From assembly GCA_027450165.1 (NCBI GenBank), contig DAIDKE010000001.1, positions 70,373-134,372 on the forward strand: 64,000 nt of DNA, written 5' to 3'. A program made the translations under genes and the position numbers. This stretch comes from Candidatus Saccharimonadota bacterium. GTDB lineage: Bacteria; Patescibacteriota; Saccharimonadia; Saccharimonadales; Saccharimonadaceae. Below are positions 1-8,651 of this stretch, one piece after another; position 1 is the first letter of the stretch; each line of letters opens with the position of its first letter. Below the pieces are notes generated by a model that was given only the letters and a program-made list of their open reading frames with translations, was not told where the DNA came from and searched no databases.

Positions 1-125
1 CAAAATCACTCACACCTGGCACGCACTGCGCCGCTGACACACACGTCCGCCAAGGACACAGAAAGCCCGGCTTTTCCTGGTCAACTAGACCTCGAGAAGC
101 CGGGCGATTTCTGTTTTAAATGGCT

Positions 126-563
126 CTATGAAGATTTGTACTCGCGGAAGGCCACACCTTGCCTCTTAAAGTGCTCTACTGTATCTAAGTCGAGTTTGCA
201 GCTAGTAAATATTGAGCAAGCCGCCTCACCACTGTCGCGTTCAGCCAGAACAGTATCATCGTCATATAGCATACCGGTAAAGTCACTATCACGCGCTTCA
301 ATCACAACATTAGCCCCTCGAAGATCCAAGCCCCTTGCGGTGCACTCTTCTATAGCAATAGGCTGACCAGATAACCCACTAGCGCCATTTAGTTCACAAC
401 TTTTAAAGGCCGTAAATCCAAGAGAAAATTTACTAAAATCTACACCGCTTAAATCTTCCCATGCTATAGTCAACCATTCACCTTCACCTATATGTGGGTA
501 CCTTGCTTCCTGATAATCCTCAAGACTGTTATTCCTGAATGCATCGGCTATTTCATGTATCAT
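126..563 (-). CDS. pentapeptide-repeat protein (hypothetical)
   Basis: 145-aa ORF with consecutive pentapeptide-like units (LSGVDFSKFSLGFTAFKSCELNGASGLSG, ARGLDLRGANVVIEARDSDFTG). Confidence 0.5.
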   Translation of the reverse strand: MIHEIADAFRNNSLEDYQEARYPHIGEGEWLTIAWEDLSGVDFSKFSLGFTAFKSCELNGASGLSGQPIAIEECTARGLDLRGANVVIEARDSDFTGMLYDDDTVLAERDSGEAACSIFTSCKLDLDTVEHFKRQGVAFREYKSS

Positions 564-653
564 AATAACTCCTTACGTGCAGGTTATATTTGAGCAGTTT
601 TTGTTTAACCACAAGGGTTGGCAGACGTGCTCGGGTCTGCGTGTGAGTGGATT

Positions 654-899
654 TCAGTCCTGACGAGGGACGTCTACCCAGCCACTGTTGGCAGGAACAT
701 CAGCCAAGGTGCCGTCGGCGTTGAAAACCGCCGTGGAGTGATCTCCTCCATCTGCCTGGCTGACGTAGTACCCGCCGGGCGCACCGGGGTCGTTGGTGGA
801 GTTGACAGTGACAGTCGAGCCATCGCTGTTCGTCCACCGCTCACCATCGCGGTAGCCGCTCACATCGAGCACCTTTCCTGTGATCCGACGAGTCGCCAT
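654..899 (-). CDS. small hypothetical protein (81 aa) in a GC-rich islet
   Basis: ORF with GC-biased third codon positions inside a ~300-nt patch of ~62% GC (hand count). A 17% GC stretch follows at 900-1050. No clear SD and no recognisable family. Confidence 0.3.
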   Translation of the reverse strand: MATRRITGKVLDVSGYRDGERWTNSDGSTVTVNSTNDPGAPGGYYVSQADGGDHSTAVFNADGTLADVPANSGWVDVPRQD

Positions 900-1052
900 C
901 GGTGCGGAGCTGAATCGATTTATTCAACTCATTCTTATTTATAAAATAAATTATATCTTATGTAAATAGTATAGGTGTAAATGTGTTATATAATAATTGT
1001 AAAAATAACTACATAAAATTTTATTAATCTTAGTTCTAACAGCGTCTAGGGT

Positions 1053-1742
1053 TTAGGGTTGTATTAAGTGTTTCGTGAAGCCAGCGGCAATCAGTTGCTC
1101 ATACGCGCCCCAAACCGCTTCGGGAATGTCTTGTTCGATTTGATAACCAAGTTTTGGATATTCTTTGATACGCTGGAGGTCGCCGACCATAATATTAATG
1201 ACTAAGTCTTTGGGCATGTCATCGGTGAAATACTCATCATAAGAAATCTCTGGTGACGTAACACTAATTTGCGTCTCACTGTCTGGCCATTGTTTTTTAA
1301 AAGTTGCGTAAGTTCGGCGTTCCATGTACGGTTTTTGAACTAGAATAAACGATGCAAAAACGTGGCCTAGTTTATGTAATAGTTCATTAGTAAAACGAAT
1401 GTTTTCGCCCGTATTGGTTGACTGATTTTCAATAATAATTTTATCCTCGGGAACACCGTTCGCCGTCAATATATCAGCAAAAACTTCTGCTTCTGGTTTC
1501 GTGAAGCGATCTTTCGTGAGCACACCAAAACCGCCCGACACGATTACCCACGGCGCATAGCCTTGCGCGTACAGCTCGGCCGCGCGTTCAGCAACCCTTG
1601 TGTCCAGACTACAAAGTACAAAAATCGCATCCACTGGGTGCAAATCTTGACGCATATGCATATAGTTCCAGATTGTTATCGCCAGTTCATCGATATTCAT
1701 AAAATAATCATAACCCAGTATTAATGGGCTGATAAGCCCCAC
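1053..1742 (-). CDS. DUF218 / YdcF (ElyC-SanA) family protein
   Basis: 229 aa with typical DUF218 core motifs (AIFVLCSLDTRVAERAAELY, WVIVSGGFG, STNTGENI). Overlaps the upstream gene by 22 nt. An alternative start is M15 at 1700. Confidence 0.65.
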   Translation of the reverse strand: MGLISPLILGYDYFMNIDELAITIWNYMHMRQDLHPVDAIFVLCSLDTRVAERAAELYAQGYAPWVIVSGGFGVLTKDRFTKPEAEVFADILTANGVPEDKIIIENQSTNTGENIRFTNELLHKLGHVFASFILVQKPYMERRTYATFKKQWPDSETQISVTSPEISYDEYFTDDMPKDLVINIMVGDLQRIKEYPKLGYQIEQDIPEAVWGAYEQLIAAGFTKHLIQP

Positions 1743-2629
1743 TTTGGCGGCAGAAAGATATCTAGTTTTTGCGGGGTTTTGGTAAATTTAGTTTTGATTT
1801 TTACCCGCGCGCTGGCAAGTTCCGGCCTGGCGGCCCGTAAATATTTATCGGTTTCACAAAAGATATTTTGACAATCAATGGCCGTTAGTTTGCGCCCAAA
1901 CAGACCATGAAAATCATAACCCAGGCGATCAAACTCTGCGTCTTGGTGCTCGACCATCCACATAATTACCTGTTCTGGAGTTAAGCCACCGGTGTTGAGA
2001 AAAACTTTTTGAATACCGCGCAACGCACCTGGGCCAGCTTTGGTAAAATCGTTTTCCGAAAAGTTGATATAGGCCGAATAGTTCAGATCGATCGCAATCT
2101 GATAAGCCATGAAGTTGCCAATCGACGGAAAACTGTGCAGCAAATTATATATTTCTTGCAGTGACTCAGCAGTTAGCAGCTTTTTGCCTAGATTTTGGCT
2201 AATAAACATATCTTTGAGTAATTCAATGTGCCCAAGGTATTTTTTAGTTTGGCCATAAATCGTGGGCGGCGCCACAATAAAAGCATGGGTATATAGTTTG
2301 CCGTTTTGCTCTTCGGCTGCTTCAAGCGCGTGGCGGAATTTGCCAGTCACTAGATCATTCATAACCGGTGCACGGCCTAGAAAATCCGCCACCGTCTGCC
2401 AAGTTTCAATCAAACTAAAAAGTCGAAAGGCTACAACCTGGAAAAGCCGATCTTCGGGCGTATTTTGCTCAACGTTATAACATACCTCGCGAATCATGTA
2501 TTGGCTTACTCGGTCGAGTGCCCGGTAGGCATTGCAGAATTTATACTCCCCAAAAATAGGATCATCCGTCCACGGTTCCGATTCACCACGGAGACGCTTT
2601 TCAAAAAATCTGCTGCCTCTCATAGGCAA
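1721..2629 (-). CDS. putative DNA base-hypermodification protein (aGPT-Pplase-like), 5' end displaced by a frameshift
   Basis: 302-aa ORF containing PWTDDPIFGEYKFCNAYRALDRVSQY. The expected N-terminal segment (MNKLRPRPETYDTYWYFAYERQQIF) lies in another frame at 2604..2678. It joins the main ORF if one T of the T6 run (2603..2608) is removed. Confidence 0.5.
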   Translation of the reverse strand: MPMRGSRFFEKRLRGESEPWTDDPIFGEYKFCNAYRALDRVSQYMIREVCYNVEQNTPEDRLFQVVAFRLFSLIETWQTVADFLGRAPVMNDLVTGKFRHALEAAEEQNGKLYTHAFIVAPPTIYGQTKKYLGHIELLKDMFISQNLGKKLLTAESLQEIYNLLHSFPSIGNFMAYQIAIDLNYSAYINFSENDFTKAGPGALRGIQKVFLNTGGLTPEQVIMWMVEHQDAEFDRLGYDFHGLFGRKLTAIDCQNIFCETDKYLRAARPELASARVKIKTKFTKTPQKLDIFLPPKWGLSAH

Positions 2630-2711
2630 AGTACCAATAAGTATCGTAGGTTTCCGGCCGAGGGCGTAATTTATTCATCACTTTATTTTTATCAGAAAGT
2701 CCGAAGATAAC

Positions 2712-2738
2712 AAAAAATGCCCCGTGAAGGGCATTTTT
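2712..2738 (-). terminator. rho-independent terminator downstream of tRNA-Arg(TCG)
   Basis: aaaaaatgccc-cgtgaa-gggcattttt: a 5-bp GC stem extended by A/T pairs, with U-runs on both strands. Confidence 0.55.
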
Positions 2739-2748
2739 AAGTTCAATT

Positions 2749-2825
2749 TGGTACGCCCGGCAGGATTCGAACCTGCGACCTTTTGGTTCGAAGCCAAACA
2801 CTCTATCCAGCTGAGCTACGGGCGC
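2749..2825 (-). tRNA. tRNA-Arg(TCG), CCA encoded
   Basis: Reverse complement is GCGCCCGTAGCTCAGCTGGATAGAGTGTTTGGCTTCGAACCAAAAGGTCGCAGGTTCGAATCCTGCCGGGCGTACCA. It folds as a cloverleaf with anticodon loop CTTCGAA. Confidence 0.9.
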
Positions 2826-2867
2826 ATATCGGTGATTATCTTATCATAATCACCTCTTTAGCGCTAG

Positions 2868-3440
2868 TTAACGGCGCTTGCGCGACGTTGAGCGAGACGG
2901 ACGACCCGCTAACTGAGCGTGACTAAAGCCAAGCGCAGCCAGTACAGCAAAGACCACCGCACCACTAAGGGCAACAACCGATGCCCACCAGGCGACAACC
3001 GCCATTGTATCGAAAGCATAGGCGTTCAAAAGTACGCCGCGCAGCATTTCGCCCTTAAAGACTGTGTTAACCTTGCCAGCAAGCGCTGTATCAGACGGGT
3101 TGGCTAGCGATTCGGCACTTAGCTCAGAGTAAGTCTTGCCACCGCCAATGTTCTGCAGGTGGAAAGCGATGTAATTGTTGGCGAAGACGCCAGCCTGGGC
3201 GCCATTGACCAGCTGCTGTCCAGCGTATGGCTTAATAGCCGACTGGTCATTAGTTGGTAGTGCTTTATAGGCTTCGTCGGTGGTCTTCGGGAAATAAATC
3301 TTCTCGGCCGACAGCTGGTCATAAACTTGAGTATGAATAAAATCGTGCGCATAAATTAGCCCGGCGGCAGCTAGCGCCAAGATCAATGCCACGGCAACGC
3401 CCAGGCTAGAAACGATTTTATCAATAGTGCTTCTCTTCAT
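2868..3440 (-). CDS. hypothetical membrane protein (N- and C-terminal TM helices)
   Basis: 190 aa. Hydrophobic segment SSLGVAVALILALAAAGLIY near the N-terminus and AVVAWWASVVALSGAVVFAVLAALGF near the C-terminus, with a basic tail. Confidence 0.5.
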   Translation of the reverse strand: MKRSTIDKIVSSLGVAVALILALAAAGLIYAHDFIHTQVYDQLSAEKIYFPKTTDEAYKALPTNDQSAIKPYAGQQLVNGAQAGVFANNYIAFHLQNIGGGKTYSELSAESLANPSDTALAGKVNTVFKGEMLRGVLLNAYAFDTMAVVAWWASVVALSGAVVFAVLAALGFSHAQLAGRPSRSTSRKRR

Positions 3441-3518
3441 TTGTAAGGTTCCTGCTTATATTTATTTTCACTAAGTTTAGCTATATGATACCAGATTTTT
3501 GCTATACTCAAAATATCT

Positions 3519-4541
3519 ATGGATATTCATGCTGACATTCCTTTAAAAAACTTCACCACGTTCAAATTAGGCGGACCGGCCAAGGCTTTTGCCGAGATTC
3601 ACAGCGCCCAAGACGTTGTGCAGGCCTACCAATATGCTAAGGCAAATCAGTTACCGTTCTTTGTGCTGGGTGGCGGCAGTAATGTAATTGCCCACGACGA
3701 AGGCTACACCGGTTTAATTATGCATATGCGCATCGCCGGTTTCGAAGTGGTGGCCGACGATAGTTTTTCGACAACCATTAAAATCGGCGCCGGTGAAGCT
3801 TGGGACAGCGTGGTGCAACGCGCCATCCAAATGCGACTGGCCGGCATCGAGGCTATGTCCGGCATTCCGGGGACCGCCGGTGCGGCGCCGGTTCAGAATG
3901 TTGGCGCTTATGGCCAAGAAATCGCCGACACCCTGCAATCAGTCGACGCTTATGACACGCAGACTGAAACTTTTGTTACCCTGACGTCCGAGCAATGCGG
4001 TTTTTCATATCGCAACAGCATTTTTCGCAGCAGCGATATGGGGCGCTATATTATCATCAGCATCAGTCTTCGTCTGAGTAAAAGCGCGCCGCAACCACCG
4101 TTTTACGATAGCCTGCAAAAGTACTTTGACGACCATAAAATTACAATTTACACACTCGAGATTGTCCGCAATGCAGTGCTTGATATTCGCACCAGCAAAC
4201 TGCCAGACCCGAAAATACTGCCAAATGCCGGTTCATTCTTTAAAAATGCCATTGTTGAAGATTGGCAACTAACCGATATTCGGGCTCAATACCCTAATTT
4301 GCCGCTGTTTGATATGGGCGACGGTCACTTTAAGGTGCCAACCGGCTGGCTAATCGAACAAGCTGGGTTTAAGGGCAAACTACTCCACGGCATACGCGTC
4401 AACGATAAAAATAGCCTGGTTTTGATTAACGAAGCTGCTACTGGCTATGGCGACTTAGCCGCAGCACGCGATGAAATTATCGGTGCGGTGCGCGATACCT
4501 TTCGCATTCAAATTGAACAAGAACCGCTTGAGATAAGTTAG
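3519..4541 (+). CDS. murB: UDP-N-acetylenolpyruvoylglucosamine reductase
   Basis: 340 aa. N-terminal FAD-binding signature NFTTFKLGGPAKAF...FFVLGGGSNV, SGIPGTAGAAPVQNVGAYG, and a C-terminal MurB domain (PNAGSFFKN, PTGWLIEQAGFKG). Confidence 0.9.
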   Translation: MDIHADIPLKNFTTFKLGGPAKAFAEIHSAQDVVQAYQYAKANQLPFFVLGGGSNVIAHDEGYTGLIMHMRIAGFEVVADDSFSTTIKIGAGEAWDSVVQRAIQMRLAGIEAMSGIPGTAGAAPVQNVGAYGQEIADTLQSVDAYDTQTETFVTLTSEQCGFSYRNSIFRSSDMGRYIIISISLRLSKSAPQPPFYDSLQKYFDDHKITIYTLEIVRNAVLDIRTSKLPDPKILPNAGSFFKNAIVEDWQLTDIRAQYPNLPLFDMGDGHFKVPTGWLIEQAGFKGKLLHGIRVNDKNSLVLINEAATGYGDLAAARDEIIGAVRDTFRIQIEQEPLEIS

Positions 4542-4577
4542 CTTGTCAAAACCTCAAAAAATCCTTATGCTAATAAC

Positions 4578-5147
4578 ATGGCAAAAGGGCGTGGGTTTAC
4601 AATTATTGAACTGCTGATTGTGATGGCGGTGATGGCTATTTTGCTGGTCATTGGCGTTGTCGATGTCAGTAGCAGCCAGGTTCACGCTCGCGACAACGAG
4701 CGTAAAGCTGATGTTGAAACTTTAGCCACGGCGCTTGAAACTTTTTATGACGGTGCCTCTGGGACTCAGGGTCAATACCGCTACCCATCGACTTGTATGA
4801 TTCAGCTGCTTCATGCTGGCATTTACACCACCCTGCCAGATATTGACCAGAGCGCCCTGATTTCGCCAAGCAACACCGATGGCCCAGATGACACGTCCTG
4901 CACGGACACCAACCCGCCAGCCCAAAGCGGCGTTGTGATCAGTGTTGTGGCCGCCACCAACACCACGCAAACAACTAGTGGCGTTACACCCCAGCCATCG
5001 GGTATAAACGATATCTACGTTTACCAGCCGCTAGCTGCCGACGGCTCGTTGTGCGTCAGTGGCAGTACCGAATGCGTCAAATATAATATCTATTATTACC
5101 AGGAATCGGACAGCTCCGTTCATATGGTTACGAGTCGACATCAATGA
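4578..5147 (+). CDS. prepilin-type (type IV pilin-like) minor pilin
   Basis: N-terminal class III signal MAKGRG|FTIIELLIVMAVMAILL. Overlaps the next prepilin gene by 4 nt. Confidence 0.75.
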   Translation: MAKGRGFTIIELLIVMAVMAILLVIGVVDVSSSQVHARDNERKADVETLATALETFYDGASGTQGQYRYPSTCMIQLLHAGIYTTLPDIDQSALISPSNTDGPDDTSCTDTNPPAQSGVVISVVAATNTTQTTSGVTPQPSGINDIYVYQPLAADGSLCVSGSTECVKYNIYYYQESDSSVHMVTSRHQ

Positions 5148-7252
5148 TAAATAAATTAAGCCTAGTTAAATCATCTCAGACCAAAGCGCACGGTTTTACT
5201 TTAGTTGAAATTCTGGTTATTGCACCGATTGTTATCTTGGTCATCGGCGCCTTTATTGCCGTTACACTGTCAATGACCGGCGAGGTTCTGACGACCCGCG
5301 CCAGCGACACCTTGCTATATTCGGTCCAAGATTCGCTTAATCGCATGTCTAGTGACATTAGGGACAGCAATAACTTCTTAGCCACCAATAACGTCACACT
5401 TACCGCTCCGCAAGGTATCGATAATGGCACTGGCAGTTTCGTGAACGTTGGCGGAACCAATGGCCCGGAATTGATTCTAGATTCGACCGCCACCACCACC
5501 AACCCAAACCTACTCACCAGTCAACCAGACTACATGAAGGATTCGCCAAATGCCTGCACCAGCTCTGCGATCCAGCAAAACGCCACATTGCATTACAACA
5601 TCGTCTATTTCGTTAACAACAATACCTTGTATAGGCGCACACTCGCCGATTCCAATTTCTTGACCGCCGGTTGTTCTATACCTTGGCAGCGCCCGAGTTG
5701 TGCCAACGGTCAAATCGGCGCCCTGTGTAAAACGAACGACGAGGTGCTACTTACGAATGTCAGCAGCATTAGTCTGCAGGTTGACTATTACACCAGCCCT
5801 AACGACAGCAGTCCGGTGGCCGGCGCGACATCTGGCACAAATGATGTCCGCAATACAGCCCTGCAAACAACTAATACCGCCCAAATACAGCTAAGCGCCA
5901 CAACAACAGTTGCCGGCCACGATTTCACGCGCAGCGGTACTGCCAAGGCCGTTCGCCAATCGACCATAGCAACGTCGCAAACACCAAACCAGCTACCGGG
6001 CTACAATACTGTGCCTTCGGCACCGGTCATAACCGCCGCCTATGATTCGACAAGCGGAGTGACCTTCAACTGGCCAATGGTTTCACCGGCCGCCACTTAC
6101 ACTATTCAATATCAGCTTAATGGCGGCAGCTGGACAACGGCCAGTAGCAACACGACTAACACCTACTACAATCTGCCAATGACCACTATCTATAATGGTG
6201 AGACTATTGCCGTACAGGTCACCGCCAGCACCCAAGCCGGGTCGTCAACGGCCGGAACTTCGACGATTACGACCCCGTTATGGAACCGCTTTGACTACAC
6301 AAATGGCTGGCTCGATTATCCCGGTTATGCACAAGGTGGATACACCAAGACATCAGCGGGGCTCATTGTCTTAAGAGGATTGGTTATGAATACACTGTCG
6401 TCTGGTGCTATATCGTCAGTCATAACTGTCCTGCCACCGGCCTTCCGTCCGTCAGCAAGGCTTATATTTTACACCGCAACAAACAACTCAAGTACAGGGA
6501 ACGCACAAGGCAGGGCCGACATCGACGCTAGTGGAAACGTCATACCCGTGACCGGTGATGCTGGATGGTTCTCTTTGGATACTGTTGCTTACTTGCCAGC
6601 ATCGGCTGCCATGACGGCAGTTAGTACTTTCTATAATGGCTGGACAAACTATGGCGCGGGGTACGCTCCCATGCAATACGCTACTGACGGCGCCGGGCGC
6701 ACAGTTATAGAAGGTCTAGTTAACGGCGGGACCTACACGGACGGTACCCTAATTGCCGCTCCTCCGTCTAGCTTATTGCCATCCGCATACCAGCATATAG
6801 GCGAAGTCGGAGCCGGCACTACTTCAGGAATAGGCGTTAACGTTAGCGGCAGTGGTATATTATCTAAAGGCTATGGATTCTCATCTCCCAGTTGGCTGTC
6901 GACCAACGCCGTATTTTACCCCGCCTCCTCGGCTGCGTCTTGGATAAATTTAACACTTCAAAACGGCTGGGTTTATTTAGGTAATGGATTTTCAACACCC
7001 CAATACATCAAGGGGTCGGACGGCATAGTCCACCTTAAGGGCCTTCTTAGCAGCGGCACAACCACGAGTGGAACCATTGTTACGACTCTACCTGCAGGGT
7101 ATAGACCAAGTCAGCGATTACTCTACGCGTGTCTTTCTGCCGGTGCATTTTGTAGATTTGATATCTTGCCAACCGGAGAGGTTGAAACTATAGGAACCGT
7201 TAGTAATGCCTGGTTATCGCTAGACAATATTCACTTTTTGGGCGAACAGTAG
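5144..7252 (+). CDS. large prepilin-type protein with FN3 domain and three C-terminal repeats (candidate pilus-tip adhesin)
   Basis: 702 aa. Prepilin signal KAHG|FTLVEILVIAPIV. FN3-like segment PSAPVITAAYDSTSGVTFNWPMV...YTIQYQLNGGSW. Three ~100-aa repeats carry NGW-x-(N)Y-G...G-x-V-x-L-x-GL...LP-x-(G/A)-(Y/F)-RPS. Confidence 0.7.
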   Translation: MINKLSLVKSSQTKAHGFTLVEILVIAPIVILVIGAFIAVTLSMTGEVLTTRASDTLLYSVQDSLNRMSSDIRDSNNFLATNNVTLTAPQGIDNGTGSFVNVGGTNGPELILDSTATTTNPNLLTSQPDYMKDSPNACTSSAIQQNATLHYNIVYFVNNNTLYRRTLADSNFLTAGCSIPWQRPSCANGQIGALCKTNDEVLLTNVSSISLQVDYYTSPNDSSPVAGATSGTNDVRNTALQTTNTAQIQLSATTTVAGHDFTRSGTAKAVRQSTIATSQTPNQLPGYNTVPSAPVITAAYDSTSGVTFNWPMVSPAATYTIQYQLNGGSWTTASSNTTNTYYNLPMTTIYNGETIAVQVTASTQAGSSTAGTSTITTPLWNRFDYTNGWLDYPGYAQGGYTKTSAGLIVLRGLVMNTLSSGAISSVITVLPPAFRPSARLIFYTATNNSSTGNAQGRADIDASGNVIPVTGDAGWFSLDTVAYLPASAAMTAVSTFYNGWTNYGAGYAPMQYATDGAGRTVIEGLVNGGTYTDGTLIAAPPSSLLPSAYQHIGEVGAGTTSGIGVNVSGSGILSKGYGFSSPSWLSTNAVFYPASSAASWINLTLQNGWVYLGNGFSTPQYIKGSDGIVHLKGLLSSGTTTSGTIVTTLPAGYRPSQRLLYACLSAGAFCRFDILPTGEVETIGTVSNAWLSLDNIHFLGEQ

Positions 7253-7339
7253 TGAGGCTTCTTGTAAAAAGCTTGTGTTTATAAAATTAACCTTGTATAT
7301 TTGAAGCATAGGTAAAAAATTAGGAGGGCAATAATAGAA

Positions 7340-7918
7340 ATGGTATTTGGCAAACTTAAAGATAGAAGGCAAGATAGCGGCTTCACACTGGTCGAGCTTT
7401 TGATCGTTATCGTGGTGATTGCTATTTTGGCGGCCATTACGATTGTTGCCTATGGTAATATTTCGGCCCGAGCTAAGACCACCCAGGGCGCAACCGCAAC
7501 AGCTAACACGGTCAAGGTCGCCGAGGCAATTAACGCCGACAACTCAAAATATCCTGATCTTTATTCAGACCTTACGACCGGTTCAACATCAACTAAATTG
7601 CCTAGCGGCCTTACCGTAGTCCAACTCAATAACTACGCGACCGTTATTCCAGCTACGGCCACAGCACTAAGCACTCTGTTTGCGAACAGTACCACCGTTT
7701 TTGGTAGCACGGCCCCTAGTAGTGGCAACACAGTTGTCGTAGTGCCGATCTGTAGTGCTGCTGGCGCAGTCCAGGGTGGTGCCGTTTACGGTTACGACTT
7801 TACATCTCCAAGCACCAAAGTAAGCGTTTCTTACTACGGCAGCGTGAATGGATCGACTACTGTTAGCACCGGTTCTTACCCGAAAACAGTTGACGCCACC
7901 GCTAGCACCCACTGTTAG
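7340..7918 (+). CDS. type IV pilin (major-pilin candidate, copy 1)
   Basis: 192 aa. Signal DSG|FTLVELLIVIVVIAILAAITIVAYG. AGGAGG SD upstream. C-terminal Cys pair (PICSAAG ... STHC). Confidence 0.8.
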   Translation: MVFGKLKDRRQDSGFTLVELLIVIVVIAILAAITIVAYGNISARAKTTQGATATANTVKVAEAINADNSKYPDLYSDLTTGSTSTKLPSGLTVVQLNNYATVIPATATALSTLFANSTTVFGSTAPSSGNTVVVVPICSAAGAVQGGAVYGYDFTSPSTKVSVSYYGSVNGSTTVSTGSYPKTVDATASTHC

Positions 7919-7938
7919 TAGTTAACTTGCATCATTAA

Positions 7939-7972
7939 TACGACCGCTCTCTTGTGGGCGGTCGTATTTTTT
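7939..7972 (+). terminator. rho-independent terminator after pilin copy 1
   Basis: acgaccgc-tctcttgtg-gcggtcgt followed by attttttg. Confidence 0.7.
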
Positions 7973-8044
7973 GGACTTGTGTTTAGAGTTGCAACCTTGT
8001 ATATTTATAGCATAAGCAAAAACAATTAGGGGGCAGAATAAGAT

Positions 8045-8581
8045 ATGATTAATAGTAAACTTAAAGGCCGAAGCAGCAGCGGTTTTACACTGGTTGAGCT
8101 TTTGATTGTTATCGTGGTGATTGCCATCTTGGCAGCCATTACAATCGTCGCCTACGGCAACATTAGCGCTCGCGCCAAGACCACCCAAGGTTCAACAGCC
8201 GCCGCCAACGTAGTCAAGGTTGCCGAAGCAATTAACGCCGACAACTCAGCTTACCCTATCAACACAGCAGCTTTCGCTGCCGGGTCAACATCAACCAAGT
8301 TGCCTAGCGGTATTACACTGCAAGACCCAACAGGCACCGCTCCAACGACCGGTAACCTGAACTCACTAGCGGCCTTTGCTGCCGCCCCATCAAGCGGTAA
8401 CACTGTCGCTGTCGCATTGGTTTGTAGTGCATCTGGCGTCGCCGCTGGTGGTGCCGTCTACTGGTACGACTTTAGTACCCCAAGCACCATTCACGTTACC
8501 TACTTCGGTAGTGTTGGTGCCACAACCACCGTCTCATCTGCGTATCCGACGTTGGTCAAATGGGTCACTGCCGGTTGTTAA
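8045..8581 (+). CDS. type IV pilin (major-pilin candidate, copy 2)
   Basis: 178 aa. The N-terminal ~60 aa are nearly identical to copy 1 (SSG|FTLVELLIVIVVIAILAAITIVAYGNISARAKTTQG). C-terminal Cys pair (LVCSASG ... TAGC). Confidence 0.8.
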   Translation: MINSKLKGRSSSGFTLVELLIVIVVIAILAAITIVAYGNISARAKTTQGSTAAANVVKVAEAINADNSAYPINTAAFAAGSTSTKLPSGITLQDPTGTAPTTGNLNSLAAFAAAPSSGNTVAVALVCSASGVAAGGAVYWYDFSTPSTIHVTYFGSVGATTTVSSAYPTLVKWVTAGC

Positions 8582-8597
8582 TCAACTAGCAAATAAA

Positions 8598-8629
8598 AAT
8601 ATGACCGTTTCGGCGGTCATATTTTATTT
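8598..8629. terminator. bidirectional terminator between pilin copy 2 and glyA
   Basis: aaaaatatgaccg-tttcg-gcggtcatattttattt: a hairpin flanked by A- and T-runs. Confidence 0.65.
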
Positions 8630-8651
8630 GCGTAGCTATTTACAGTTTAGG

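Noticed and set aside
1-125. Long-loop inverted repeat gcccggctt...aagccgggc at the window edge, considered as a possible terminator of the pentapeptide gene
   Set aside because: The ~22-nt loop, weak U-tract and truncated context at the window start make it too uncertain.
2601-2801. 66-aa ORF from the track
   Set aside because: Its first ~40 codons run antisense through the tRNA-Arg(TCG) gene and the terminator. Only the last 25 codons (from the ATG at 2678) make sense, as the displaced N-terminus of the frameshifted gene 1721..2629.
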